A stretch of DNA of 64,000 nucleotides from Myxococcota bacterium. GTDB taxonomy: Bacteria; Myxococcota_A; UBA9160; UBA4427. The stretch is taken from contig OZ252299.1 in assembly GCA_965250285.1 (NCBI GenBank), forward strand, positions 2,688,001 through 2,752,000, in the 5' to 3' direction. The position numbers and the translations under genes were made by a program. Below, one piece after another: positions 21,164 through 33,029 of the stretch. Position 1 is the stretch's first letter. Every line of letters starts with the position of its first letter. The notes under the pieces are model-generated. The model had not been told where the DNA came from, searched no databases, and worked only from the letters and a program-made list of their open reading frames with translations.

Positions 21164-23998
21164 CTAACGGGGGGCCCTCGACGCCGCCAGCCGCTCGAGC
21201 AGCGGCGCGAGCTCGGCCGCCCGCTCCCCAGGGGCGTAGACTCGGGCCGGCGGTTTGGCGCGCCGCTTGCGCCCGAAACGACCCCGCGGCGGCTCGTCGG
21301 GCGGTGCAGCCTCTTCGAGCACGAGCACGCCGCGGCGGCAGAGCAGCTGCGCGGCATTGTCGAACGTCGACGGGTTCGCCGCCTCGGCACACTCGGCGTC
21401 GCCCAGCAGGACCGCTCGCTCGAACGCGGCCTGGGCCGCGGTGCTGAACGCCCGCTTCTCGATCGGCTCGCCCGCTTCGTCGATCGCGCGGAGCGCCGCC
21501 TCGTAGCACTCGATCGCGCCGCGCGTCTGACGCTCGAGGCACTGCAGCATCGGCTCGCCCCGCGGCGTCGAGAGCACCACGCCGTCTTCGATCTCGACCC
21601 AGCGCGCGCGCTCGAACTGGCGCAGGAACGCGTCGACCCGTTCGGCGCGACGTTCGAGCTCGGGCACGAACGTCTCCATGTAGAGCAGCTCGCACCAGAA
21701 GGCGACATCGTCGGTGATCTGCGCGCGGGTCGCGCCGCGCAGGACGCTGCGCGCGATGATGCTCGGCACGGTCAGATAGTGGGCGAGCGAATTTCGATAG
21801 ATGTCGAGGGCCCTGCGGCGTGAGGGCTCGTAGTAGAGGATGTCCCCCTCACCGCCGTCGGCCTCGACCACGAGATCACTGCGCAGCAGGAACCCGATCG
21901 ACTCCGAGAAGTCGTCGACGTCGGCCTCGAGGGCGGTCGTACACGCGACGCCCTGCAGCTTGAGCAGCGCGACGACCTGCTGCATGCGCTCGACCAGCTC
22001 GGCCCGCCGGAGCCCGCGATGCGGGCTCCCGAGCAGCACGGCGGCGGCGACCGACGTCGCGTTGACGACGAACGACCAGTTGATGCGCTCGACGATCTGG
22101 TGACCGAGATCGTCGATGAAGGCGCGGCGCTCCTCCTGCACGGGATCCACGTCGTCCCCGGCGCCGTCGACCTCACCCGAGACGAGCTGATCGATCTCGC
22201 CGATCACGCTGGCAGCGAAGCGCGGCCGCTGATCGCCCATGGCGTCGGCGAGCGAGATCGGCTTGCTGAAGTGCACGTGCACCGAGCCGAAGCGGCGCTC
22301 GAGCACCTTTCGGGCCTTGAACAACCCGACCATGCTCTCCTCGGTCTTCTTCTCGCCTTCGAGCTCGCCGACCATGCCCGACTCTTCGACGAGCCGCTCG
22401 TACGTGATCGCGATCGGCACGATGTAGAGGTCGCGGCGACTGCTCTCGAGGAACGCATCGACGTCCCAGGTCAGCATGCCGAGGCGCGGCGGCAGCGTCT
22501 TGCCGGTGCGCGAGCGCCCGCCCTCGATGAAGAACTCCTGGTTGTATCCGTCCCGCACGAGATAGGCGACGTACGCTCGAAACACCTGCTTGTAGAGCGG
22601 GTCGTCGAACGCCTTGCGCAGGAAGAACGCGCCCGAGGCCCGAAAGAGCAGCCCGAACGGACCAAACGCCATGTTCTCGCGCGCGGCGATGTGCGGCGGG
22701 ACGAGGTGGTTTCGGTAGAAGAGCCAGCTGACGATCAGAAAGTCGAAGTAGCTGCGATGGCTGGGCACGAGCACGAGCGGATCGCTCTTCGCCTTCTCGA
22801 CCGCCTTCTCGAGGCCCGTCACCTCGAACGACGAGAACAGCCGCCGGAACACCAGGGTGGCCGCGCCCGCCATCAGCGCGAGCAGGGTCGAATTCATGCG
22901 CGCAGCGATCTCGCGCACCATCTTCTCGACCTCGCGCTCGGCGCGCTCGGGCGACGACTTCTTGTCACGGGCGCGTTGTGCCATGGCCGAACGCACGCCG
23001 CGATCCTCGAGCACCTCGCGCAGCACGTGCTGGGGCGAGCGCAGCGTGGGACCCACCACGACCTTCTCTTCGCGATACAGATGAATCAGGATCGTGCGCC
23101 GCATGGTGCGGGCGAGGCGCTCGGGCGAGTCGTCGGGGCGCGTCGCCGCGAAGCCGTTCACGTCGATGGCGTCGCCGACCTTCACCGAGAGCGACCGATA
23201 CGTCGCGAAGAACGACGTGACCTTCGCGAGATCGGAGGGACGGGCCAGGCTGCCGTAGTCGAGGTTGAGGAAGCGGCTCTCGCGTCGAGGCCCCTTGCGC
23301 CAGAAGATCGAGAGCGGCACCACCGACACCGGGCTGTTGCTCTCGCGCGCCTCGCGCACGACCTCGAGCAGCAGATCGAGCTCGTCGCGGCGCTGCTTCT
23401 GGCGCCGAACGCCGCGCAAGAACGTGCGCAGACGTCGGGTGCGCAAGAAGAGAAAGGCCGAGCCGCGCTCTCGGACGATGGCGCGCACCCGGCTCTGATC
23501 CTCGCTGTGCTGAATCTCGAGCGGCGCGCCCCGGCGCCGGGTCAACACCTGCTTCAACACGGTGAAGATCGGCTTGTAGTAGGTGAAGACGATGCCGTTG
23601 GCGAAGCTCGAGAGCCGCAGGCCATCGCGCAGGAAGAGCCAATTGAAGAGCAGGTAGTCGAGTCGGCTCGAGTACCGCATCACGTAGATGACGGCGCCCT
23701 GCGCCTCGAGGGCCCGCAGCTCTTCGACCTGGCGATCATCGAGATCGAAGTGGCCGAAGAACCGCTTGCCGAACCAGCGAAAGAAGAAGTTGAAGCGCGC
23801 CGCCATCGACGAGGTCGGATCGGCGCTCGGCGCGAGGTCGCCCACCTCGATCGAGGCGCGCGGCGGATCGGGCTTCTTGTCGTTTCGCCCCGCGCGGTCC
23901 CCCAACGCGATCACGGCGGGGCCACCGGCAGCGCGGCCATCGCCGCCCATTGGCGTCTTCGTGCCGTCTTCGTCGTGCTGGGCGGGGTCGTCGGCCAT
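21164..23998 (-). CDS. plsB: Glycerol-3-phosphate acyltransferase, PlsB-like
   Basis: PSHRSYFD (HX4D), GAFFLR, FFIEGGRSRTGK, VPIAITYE; long N-terminal extension; start ATG 23998 or GTG 24016. Confidence 0.85.
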   Translation of the reverse strand: MADDPAQHDEDGTKTPMGGDGRAAGGPAVIALGDRAGRNDKKPDPPRASIEVGDLAPSADPTSSMAARFNFFFRWFGKRFFGHFDLDDRQVEELRALEAQGAVIYVMRYSSRLDYLLFNWLFLRDGLRLSSFANGIVFTYYKPIFTVLKQVLTRRRGAPLEIQHSEDQSRVRAIVRERGSAFLFLRTRRLRTFLRGVRRQKQRRDELDLLLEVVREARESNSPVSVVPLSIFWRKGPRRESRFLNLDYGSLARPSDLAKVTSFFATYRSLSVKVGDAIDVNGFAATRPDDSPERLARTMRRTILIHLYREEKVVVGPTLRSPQHVLREVLEDRGVRSAMAQRARDKKSSPERAEREVEKMVREIAARMNSTLLALMAGAATLVFRRLFSSFEVTGLEKAVEKAKSDPLVLVPSHRSYFDFLIVSWLFYRNHLVPPHIAARENMAFGPFGLLFRASGAFFLRKAFDDPLYKQVFRAYVAYLVRDGYNQEFFIEGGRSRTGKTLPPRLGMLTWDVDAFLESSRRDLYIVPIAITYERLVEESGMVGELEGEKKTEESMVGLFKARKVLERRFGSVHVHFSKPISLADAMGDQRPRFAASVIGEIDQLVSGEVDGAGDDVDPVQEERRAFIDDLGHQIVERINWSFVVNATSVAAAVLLGSPHRGLRRAELVERMQQVVALLKLQGVACTTALEADVDDFSESIGFLLRSDLVVEADGGEGDILYYEPSRRRALDIYRNSLAHYLTVPSIIARSVLRGATRAQITDDVAFWCELLYMETFVPELERRAERVDAFLRQFERARWVEIEDGVVLSTPRGEPMLQCLERQTRGAIECYEAALRAIDEAGEPIEKRAFSTAAQAAFERAVLLGDAECAEAANPSTFDNAAQLLCRRGVLVLEEAAPPDEPPRGRFGRKRRAKPPARVYAPGERAAELAPLLERLAASRAPR

Positions 23999-24108
23999 GT
24001 CGGGCGTTTGTACCACGCACCCTGTGGGGCAGCAATGAAACGCAGAAGGCCGACAGGGCGGATCCCCTGCCGGCCTCCGCTGAGCCGTTTTGGTTGGCTA
24101 CGCCAAAG

Positions 24109-24972
24109 CTATTCCGGGAGCAGGATCTCGCCGGCCTTCATCTTGTCGGCGATCTCCTGGGGCGTCCACAGACCGCCGTCGTCTTCCTTCGTGATGCCCG
24201 GCGCCGTCACGACCTTCATCTCGGCGATGCGCCCACCGCCACAGAAGAACGTCGTGCCGTTCTGATCCTTCGACAGGTCGCTCGCGAGATACGTGAGCAG
24301 CGGCGACACGAGGTTGGGCGCGTACTTCTTGGCCGCGGCGTCCTGGTCGAAGCCCGGCAGATCTTCGGTGAGCCGGGTGTGCGCCACCGGGGCCAGAATG
24401 AACGCACGCACGCCGTAGCGCGCCCCTTCGAGGGCGAGGCAGCGGGTGAAGCCGGCGATGCCCGCCTTCGCGGCGCCGTAGTTGGTCTGACCGAAGTTGC
24501 CGTTCAGGCCCGACGTCGAGGACGTGTTGATGATGACACCCCCGTTGCCACTCTCCTTCATGTGGAGATAGACCGGGTGGGTCACGCAGTACGTGCCCTT
24601 CAGGTGGACCGCCACCACGGGATCCCAGAGGTCCTCGGTCATCTTGGCGAAGCTCTTGTCGCGCAGGATGCCGGCGTTGTTGATCAGACAGTCGACCTTG
24701 CCGAACGCGTCGACGGCGGTCTTGAGGATGCCCTCGCCCCCCTCGGTGGTGGCGACGTTGTCGTAGTTCGCGACGGCCTCGCCGCCGGCCGCCTTGATCT
24801 CATCGGCGACCTGCTGGGCCATGGCGCTGCCCGAGCCCGATCCGTCGCGCGCGCCACCGAGGTCGTTCACGACGATCGCCGCGCCTTCGGCGGCCATGGC
24901 GAGTGCATGCGTGCGTCCGATGCCGCCTCCGGCACCAGTGATGATGACGACCTTTCCGTCGAGCAGACCCAT
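24109..24972 (-). CDS. SDR family oxidoreductase (hydroxyacyl-CoA dehydrogenase/MFE2-like)
   Basis: TGAGGGIG, VVNDLG, NNAGILRD, GNFGQTNYGAAK; GGAGG SD. Confidence 0.92.
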   Translation of the reverse strand: MGLLDGKVVIITGAGGGIGRTHALAMAAEGAAIVVNDLGGARDGSGSGSAMAQQVADEIKAAGGEAVANYDNVATTEGGEGILKTAVDAFGKVDCLINNAGILRDKSFAKMTEDLWDPVVAVHLKGTYCVTHPVYLHMKESGNGGVIINTSSTSGLNGNFGQTNYGAAKAGIAGFTRCLALEGARYGVRAFILAPVAHTRLTEDLPGFDQDAAAKKYAPNLVSPLLTYLASDLSKDQNGTTFFCGGGRIAEMKVVTAPGITKEDDGGLWTPQEIADKMKAGEILLPE

Positions 24973-25136
24973 CTTGGGGGGACCTCCGCGTCGTCCGGGC
25001 GACGCTCCTTGGGGTGAAATCGGGATCGCGTTGAGTCGCGTTCTTCGTTGTGGATCGGGATGCTACCCGACGCAGCTCGGCGGCTTCAACACGCTCAGGC
25101 GCGCCCCGGCAGCGGCGCGCGAAGCGATGGCCGGGC

Positions 25137-25982
25137 TCACAAGAAGAGCACGGTCCGCAGCGAGTCGAACGCCTCGAAGCCGAGCTGCTCGTACAGACCG
25201 ATCGCCGGCGCATTGCCGTCGACGACGGCGAGCTGGATGTGATCGGCGCTGGCCGCCCGCGCCTCTTCGATCAGGCGACGCATGCCGCTGCGGGCGAGCC
25301 CGCGGCGGCGCGCGTCGGGCCAGGTGTAGACGCCCTGCACGAGCCATCCCTCGGGCCGCCGTACGTCGGCGTACGCGACGAAGCGCGGGCGCCCGTCGAC
25401 GTCGACGACGCGCGCGCGCGGCACCCGTGAGAGCACCCAGCGGCGAAAGCCGGTCGGGTCGCCATCGAAGGGATCGGGGCGCTGCTCCTCGCGCAGGCTC
25501 GCGCGGGCCGCGAATACGAGGTCTTCGAGGTCGGTCGACTCGGCCTCGCGCACCGGATGCGCCGGGCAAGGTCCGGCCTCGGTCTCCCCGAGTGCGAGGC
25601 GGTAGGAGGTCTCGGTGCGATCGACCAGCGAGCGGCGGCCCCGCTCCTCGAGGCGCTTCCACAGCTGGTCCGCCAGCGGGCGACCGCTCTTCAGCAGCCC
25701 CGTCTGCAGGCGATCGATGAAGGGCAGGACGAGCTCGATGCCCTCCTCGGGCATGTCGTGGGCGAGCACGATCGTCGGGCGTACGGCTGCGAACGACGCC
25801 ATCTCGCGCCCGCGCCACAACGTCACGATCTCGGGGGTGACCTCACCGCGTCGCATCGGCCGCCCGACGGCCGCCACGAGCTCGGTCAGCAGCAGGTCGT
25901 GTTGCGCATGTGTGCGGAGCCGCTCGAGCGCGCGCTCGCGGTCGCGGACCCCGAGCAGGCTCGCCCTCAGCTCCCGACCCAT
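25137..25982 (-). CDS. GNAT family N-acetyltransferase
   Basis: GVYTWPDARRRGLA, NAPAIGLYEQLGF. Confidence 0.88.
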   Translation of the reverse strand: MGRELRASLLGVRDRERALERLRTHAQHDLLLTELVAAVGRPMRRGEVTPEIVTLWRGREMASFAAVRPTIVLAHDMPEEGIELVLPFIDRLQTGLLKSGRPLADQLWKRLEERGRRSLVDRTETSYRLALGETEAGPCPAHPVREAESTDLEDLVFAARASLREEQRPDPFDGDPTGFRRWVLSRVPRARVVDVDGRPRFVAYADVRRPEGWLVQGVYTWPDARRRGLARSGMRRLIEEARAASADHIQLAVVDGNAPAIGLYEQLGFEAFDSLRTVLFL

Positions 25983-26003
25983 GGGGGCTCCTCGACCTCG
26001 CGA

Positions 26004-26222
26004 TCAGTCCTCGATGACGACGAGGATGTCGCCCTCTTCGATGCTCTGCCCTTCGGCGACGCGAATCTCGCTCACGGTGCCGTCGCACGGCGCTTCGAGC
26101 GGGATCTCCATCTTCATCGACTCGATGATCAGGAGCACGTCTTCTTCTTCGACCTCGGTGCCGACGGTCGTCTCGATCTTCCAGATGTTGCCCGTGATCT
26201 GCGCCTCGACCTCGACGGCCAT
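26004..26222 (-). CDS. Stand-alone biotin/lipoyl-binding carrier protein (72 aa)
   Basis: ESMKME biotinylation motif; MAVEVEAQITGNIWKI...VAEGQSIEEGD; GGGAG SD. Confidence 0.9.
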   Translation of the reverse strand: MAVEVEAQITGNIWKIETTVGTEVEEEDVLLIIESMKMEIPLEAPCDGTVSEIRVAEGQSIEEGDILVVIED

Positions 26223-26442
26223 CGGCTCCCTCCCGTCGCGCCGTCCGATCTCGCGGACCCGGGCGCATCGTGTCGTCTGGTTGCGCCGGGGCAGCCTCGG
26301 CGCAGCCGCCAATCATGCATTCGGGCGCCGGGCCGGGCAAGGGCGCGACGGTCGATTCCCGGCGCCCGCGCGCGGCGGGGCGGTCGGCCACCGAGCGGCT
26401 CGGCGGCGACTGTCCGCTACCATGCCGCGCTCGGAGGGAACC

Positions 26443-27996
<1,554 letters not shown>

Positions 27997-28298
27997 GCGG
28001 AGGCGACCGTTGCCCGCCCCCTTCCGCTATACCCGTAAGACGCGCCGCCCCCCGGCGTGACCAACTCGACGCGCGATCGCGACCGGCCGGGAACGACCCG
28101 GGCGCGAGGCGCGTCGAAACAACCCACCCCCCGTACGAAAAAGCCCGCACCCGTTGGCCGGCGCGAAGCGTCGACGTGTGCGCAGGGATGCTCGGCTGGC
28201 CCCGCGGGCCCGTCGGCATTCGATCGGAAGGAAGGGGCGGGAAGCGTGCCGAGTACGCTCAGATTCTGCGCGGAGTTGCCGATGAGTGCGGCGTGGCC

Positions 28299-30524
28299 AT
28301 GACACGACTCCTCTGCATCCAATCGTCGATCGTATTGCTCTGTCTCGCCCTCGTCGGGCCGGCGGCCCACGCCGTTTCTGCACCCGCGAAGCGCCCCAGC
28401 GCCTTCACGGTGCCGGCGGGCCTCGAGAAGGATGTCGCGTTCTGGACGCGCATCTATACCGAGGTGCCGACGACGGGCGGCCTGATCCACGACAATCGCC
28501 GGCTCGATGTCGTGTACGAAGTCACGACGCTGCCGAAGGGCTCGCGCCGCACGCGACAGCGGCACACCGACGCGCGCAAGCGCCACTACAAGGCGATCCT
28601 GCAGAAGCTCGCGCGCGGCAAGCGCAGCGGCCTCTCGGCCGAAGAAGAGCGCGTGCTCGCGCTCTTCGGGCCCGATGTGACCAACGAAGAGCTCGGCCAG
28701 GCCTCGCGGCGGCTGCGCTTCCAGCTCGGCCAGGCCGACAAGTTCCGCGCCGGCGTGATCCGCTCGGGCGCCTACATCGGGCACATCCGCTCGACCCTCG
28801 ACGAGATGGGGCTGCCGCCCGAGATCGCCGCCCTGCCCCACGTCGAGTCGTCGTACACCCCGCACGCCTATTCGCACGTCGGGGCCGCGGGCCTGTGGCA
28901 GTTCACGCGCTCGACCGGGCGTCGATTCATGCAGGTCGACCACGTCGTCGACGAGCGCCTCGACCCCTACCGGGCGACGGTCGCGGCCGCGCGGCTGCTC
29001 GAGCAGAACTACCGCGTGCTCAACAGCTGGCCGCTCGCGATCACCGCGTACAACCACGGCGCGTCGGGCATGCGTCGCGCCAAGCGCAAGCTCGGCACCG
29101 ACGACATCGAGACGATCGTGCGGCGCTACCGCAGTCGCACGTTCGGCTTCGCATCGCGCAACTTCTACGTCGAGTTCATCGCCGCGTCGCGCATCGCGGC
29201 CAACCCCGAGCGCTACTTCGGCGACCTCGAGCTGCACACGCCGACGCGCTTCGAGACGATCGAGCTGCCCTTTCACGCCACACCGAAGACCATCTCGAAG
29301 GCGATTGGCGTCGACCTGCAGACGCTCAAGCAGGCGAACCCGGCCCTGCGCAACACGGTCTGGACGGGCGCCAAGTACATGCCGCGCGGCTACGAGCTGC
29401 GCGTCCCGGCCCATGCGCTGCCCCAGCCCCTCGAGGTCTCGATGGCCTCCGTCCCGCAGGATCAGCGACACGCGCGGCAGGTGCGCGACACCTATCACGT
29501 GATCCGCCGCGGCGAGACGCTCTCGACGATCGCCGCGCGCTACGGCACGCGGGTCAGCACGCTGAAACACCTGAACGGGCTGGTCTCGAGCCATCGCATT
29601 CGCGCGGGCCAGAAGCTCCGGCTGCCGCCCGAGTCGGGTGGATCCCAGCTCGCCTCGGTGCGCCGCGAAGTCGTCATCGAGCCGATGACGCCGCCGCCCG
29701 ACGGCCGCTACACCGTGCAGCCCGGCGATACGATCTGGAAGATCGCCAAGCAGTTCGGCATGACCGAGCGCGAGCTCCTCGCGCACAACCGACTGCGCAA
29801 TCGCAACCGGATCCAGGTCGGCCAGGTGCTCAAGGTCGACGCGGTCACGAGCCCGGCCGCTCCCGGTCAGACGGCCAAGGCCGCCGAGCATCCCGAAAGC
29901 CAGCCGCAGCTGACGCCCTCGCGGACCGCCAAGCCGACCCTGCAGCCCGGCGCCATCGCCGCCGAGGCCGTGGTCGATGGCGAGACGGTCGCAGCGAACC
30001 TCGACCCGGCGCTCGCCCCGGCCCTCGGTGCCCAGCCCGAGTCGGATGCCGCCGCTTTGATCGCCGACCCCAGTGACTACACCGTCGCCACCGACGGCAC
30101 GATCGAGGTGCAGTCGAACGAGACCCTCGGCCACTACGCCGACTGGCTCGGCGTGCGCACCAGTCGCGTCCGACAGGTGAACGACATGCGCTACGGCGAG
30201 CACGTCATCGTGCATCGCCGCATCCGCCTCGACTTCTCGAACGCGACGCCCGAAGAGTTCGAGGCGCGCCGCGTCGCGTACCACCGCTCGCTGCAGGAGG
30301 GCTTCTTCGACGAGTGGGAGATCGACGGCGTCGAGACCCATCGCGTGCGCTCCGGCGACAGCGCGTGGATCCTGTCGCACCGCCGCTTCGACGTGCCGCT
30401 CTGGCTCCTGCGTCAGTACAACCCCGACATCGATTTCGAGACGCTGAGCCCGGGCACCAAGCTCACGGTGCCGAAGCTCAAGAAGCGCAGCGAAGGCGCG
30501 GTCGCCGGGCCCGTCGCCAGCTAG
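28299..30524 (+). CDS. MltD-type lytic murein transglycosylase with LysM domains
   Basis: Signal peptide; SLT motifs LPHVESSY, GAAGLWQF, AYNHG; LysM repeats YHVIRRGETLSTIA, YTVQPGDTIWKIA, HRVRSGDSAW. Confidence 0.92.
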   Translation: MTRLLCIQSSIVLLCLALVGPAAHAVSAPAKRPSAFTVPAGLEKDVAFWTRIYTEVPTTGGLIHDNRRLDVVYEVTTLPKGSRRTRQRHTDARKRHYKAILQKLARGKRSGLSAEEERVLALFGPDVTNEELGQASRRLRFQLGQADKFRAGVIRSGAYIGHIRSTLDEMGLPPEIAALPHVESSYTPHAYSHVGAAGLWQFTRSTGRRFMQVDHVVDERLDPYRATVAAARLLEQNYRVLNSWPLAITAYNHGASGMRRAKRKLGTDDIETIVRRYRSRTFGFASRNFYVEFIAASRIAANPERYFGDLELHTPTRFETIELPFHATPKTISKAIGVDLQTLKQANPALRNTVWTGAKYMPRGYELRVPAHALPQPLEVSMASVPQDQRHARQVRDTYHVIRRGETLSTIAARYGTRVSTLKHLNGLVSSHRIRAGQKLRLPPESGGSQLASVRREVVIEPMTPPPDGRYTVQPGDTIWKIAKQFGMTERELLAHNRLRNRNRIQVGQVLKVDAVTSPAAPGQTAKAAEHPESQPQLTPSRTAKPTLQPGAIAAEAVVDGETVAANLDPALAPALGAQPESDAAALIADPSDYTVATDGTIEVQSNETLGHYADWLGVRTSRVRQVNDMRYGEHVIVHRRIRLDFSNATPEEFEARRVAYHRSLQEGFFDEWEIDGVETHRVRSGDSAWILSHRRFDVPLWLLRQYNPDIDFETLSPGTKLTVPKLKKRSEGAVAGPVAS

Positions 30525-30539
30525 GCGACCTCTGCACAG

Positions 30540-30789
30540 TCCACCGTGCCAGGGTCGGGGCAGGCGGGGGCACCGTGCTCAGACATTCTCGGTGCGACCG
30601 GCCGGGGAAGCTCGTTCGCTGCGCACGTCGCGCCTGCGAACTGCGCGCGGCAGGCCCGTCCGCCGTGCCAGGGCCGGGGCAGGCGGGGGCACCGTGCTCA
30701 GACATTCTCGGCGCGATCTGCCTGGGAAGCTCGTATGTTCCGCACGTCGCGCCTGCGAACTGCGCGCGGTCCCCCCGCCTGCCCCGGCC
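30540..30789. repeat. Two tandem copies of a ~119-bp palindromic (REP/MITE-like) element
   Basis: 30540-30650 and 30659-30769 are highly similar. Copy 2 is bounded by 18-bp inverted repeats GGCCGGGGCAGGCGGGGG (30672-30689) and CCCCCGCCTGCCCCGGCC (30772-30789). Confidence 0.85.
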
Positions 30790-31061
30790 TCGGGACGCCT
30801 CGGTCACAGCGCAGCGCTCGCTCCCGGTGGCATGAACTCGTGTCGCACGGCGTAGAGGTTCGCCAGAGCAGAAGCGTCAGGCGCTCGATTCTGCTGATCG
30901 GCCGTCGAGATCACGCCTCAGAGCTGCTTTCGCATGCGTCGGGCGAGTTCTGCAGAGCATCCTTGGACACCATTCACGAGGGATGCGCGCGCGGCCAGCG
31001 GGCGACGAGCCCGATCCGGCGGACGCGGAGGACATTCTCGGCGCGGGCGCCGCTGTGCGGG

Positions 31062-31739
31062 TCAGACCTGGAAGACGGTCTCGTCGGGCAGGCGGATCGC
31101 GGTGAGGGGGCCGCCGTAGACGCCGCCGGTGTCGATGCCTACCGAGAACGGCAGATTCCACCGCACTCCGAAGTCTTCGGCCGGCGTATGGCCATAGACG
31201 ATCGTGACACCGAGATCATGCGGTAGATCGGCGGTCGTTCGGTTCCAGAGCAGGTCTTCGACGCGCGACTTGCGCAGCGCGAAGCTCATGTCGTCGCCCT
31301 GCAGCTCGTCGCGCCCCAGCCCCGCGTGCACGAACAGGTAGTCGGCCTCGGTGTAGTGCAGGCGCAGCGAGAGGAAGAAATCCTCGTGGTCCTTGGGCAG
31401 GCGAAAGGTCGCCCGGTCGGGGTTCTCGCGGTCGAAGTAGCCATAGCTCGCCAGCGTGCGGTCGCCGCCGTTCATCAGGAACGCGTCGCCGCCGAAATAC
31501 GCTTCGTCGTGCCATCCGAGGAAGTCGAGCATCATCGACTCGTGGTTGCCGAGCAGGAAGATGCACTCGTGGTGGCGTTGCAGCTCGATCAAGCGATCGA
31601 CGACGCCCCGTGAGTCGGGGCCACGATCGACGTAGTCGCCGAGAAAGACGAGCTTGTCGCCTTCCTCGAGCGGCAGCTGCGCGAGCAGCTCACCGAGCTT
31701 CTCGTTCTCGCCGTGGATGTCGCCAACCGCATACAGCAT
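31062..31739 (-). CDS. Metallophosphoesterase (PPP-type Ser/Thr phosphatase family)
   Basis: GDIHG, GDYVDRGP, GNHE, FVHAG, YGHTP, IDTG. Confidence 0.92.
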   Translation of the reverse strand: MLYAVGDIHGENEKLGELLAQLPLEEGDKLVFLGDYVDRGPDSRGVVDRLIELQRHHECIFLLGNHESMMLDFLGWHDEAYFGGDAFLMNGGDRTLASYGYFDRENPDRATFRLPKDHEDFFLSLRLHYTEADYLFVHAGLGRDELQGDDMSFALRKSRVEDLLWNRTTADLPHDLGVTIVYGHTPAEDFGVRWNLPFSVGIDTGGVYGGPLTAIRLPDETVFQV

Positions 31740-32005
31740 GCGAGGCAGGCCCTCCTCGCTTGTCACATCGGCGTCTCGAGACCCCTCCTTGACGCGAGAC
31801 GAATGCCTCGGGGGTCCGACGAGCGAAATTCGTCCGGAAGCACTGCAACCGTCCACCTGTGCCGGATGCGCCTCGATCCGCCGACGCCGGCGGAAAGCCC
31901 CCGGGCCCTCGATCCCGGCGGCCGGGTGCCCGATCCTTGGGGCCAGCGGAAGACGCGCGACAGCCGAGACCGGGCTGCGCCTCGACCCCCGGAGACCGAC
32001 TCGCC

Positions 32006-33028
32006 ATGAAGAAGATGTGGATCTCGCTGCTGCTGCTCCTCGCCCTCCCGGCGGGCTTCGGCCTCGCTGGCTGCGGGGGCGGCGGAGGCGGATCGGCCCC
32101 AGACGGCTTCGCCGACGGCGACTGGGTTGCGAGCGAGATGTACGGCAACTCGATCTACAACAACGGCTCGAACACCTACGACTTCGTCCGCTTCGACCAG
32201 ATCGAGTTCACGCTGTTCGACAACGCGATCGAAGGCACCGCGGTGGTGAACGAGGTCGACGCAGACGGCGTCATCGCGAACGCGAACGGCCAGAGCGCGG
32301 GTGGCTGGACGGTGGGTGAATCGGTCTCGATCTTCGGGTCGCTGCGCGGCACCGAGGTGATGATCATCGCCGAGAACGGCGGCGGAGCCGAGTTTCAGAT
32401 CATCGCCGCGCCGTTCGACGGCGATCTCCGCACCAGCTCGGGCGGCCGCGAGCTGGTTGCGGCCGAAACCCTCAGCGGCGCGGCCCAGACCAATGGCAGC
32501 GGACACCAGCCGGGCGACGACAGCTACATCGAGGATCTCGAGCTGATCGGTGGTTTTTCGCGCTCGCCGCTCCCCCAGCGCGTGACGCTCGGCAGCGGCA
32601 ACAGCGTGTACCGCGACGGCGCCTGGACGGGGAGCACCGACTGCTTCGAGACCCGTCGGGGCTCGGCCACGGCGGCCGGCAGCAGCGACTCGATCATCGA
32701 GTTCGATCTCGACCTGACGTTCAGCGGCAACACGGTGAGCGGCATGGCCACGCTCACCGGGATCGACACCGAGCCCGACTGGAACGGCTTCCAGCCCGGC
32801 GACACGTTCACGATCACCGGCGAGATCCGCGGCACCTACATCGAGATGTTCCTCGCGAGCGGCAGCTTCACGAAGCGCATCGACGCCGTGCGAACACCGA
32901 ACCGGCCGCCGGGCACGGCCCCGCTCGGCGACGAGACGAGCCTCGACTCCGAGTACCCGCCCTCGTCGGACACGTCCGACTTCTACGCGGCCGCGTGTGA
33001 AGTCGACATCGCCTGGGACTCGATCTGA
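32006..33028 (+). CDS. Hypothetical lipoprotein with internally duplicated beta domain
   Basis: MKKMWISLLLLLALPAGFGLAGC lipobox followed by a Gly linker; GGAG SD. Confidence 0.85.
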   Translation: MKKMWISLLLLLALPAGFGLAGCGGGGGGSAPDGFADGDWVASEMYGNSIYNNGSNTYDFVRFDQIEFTLFDNAIEGTAVVNEVDADGVIANANGQSAGGWTVGESVSIFGSLRGTEVMIIAENGGGAEFQIIAAPFDGDLRTSSGGRELVAAETLSGAAQTNGSGHQPGDDSYIEDLELIGGFSRSPLPQRVTLGSGNSVYRDGAWTGSTDCFETRRGSATAAGSSDSIIEFDLDLTFSGNTVSGMATLTGIDTEPDWNGFQPGDTFTITGEIRGTYIEMFLASGSFTKRIDAVRTPNRPPGTAPLGDETSLDSEYPPSSDTSDFYAAACEVDIAWDSI

Positions 33029-33029
33029 A

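Noticed and set aside
22019..24265. Long antisense ORFs (also 11771-13882, 27660-30380, 36528-38249, 41645-43273, 43047-45233, 61654-63630)
   Set aside because: They lie opposite well-supported genes and are the expected stop-poor shadows of high-GC coding sequence.
28215..28245. SRP RNA (ffs) downstream of ffh, suggested by CGGAAGGAAG
   Set aside because: The flanking conserved CAGG and CAGC of SRP helix 8 are missing, and I could not build the supporting stem.
30540..30789. CRISPR array or autonomous IS element
   Set aside because: Only two long units, no spacer pattern and no transposase ORF; the overlapping ORFs (e.g. 30546-31226) are just translations of the repeat.
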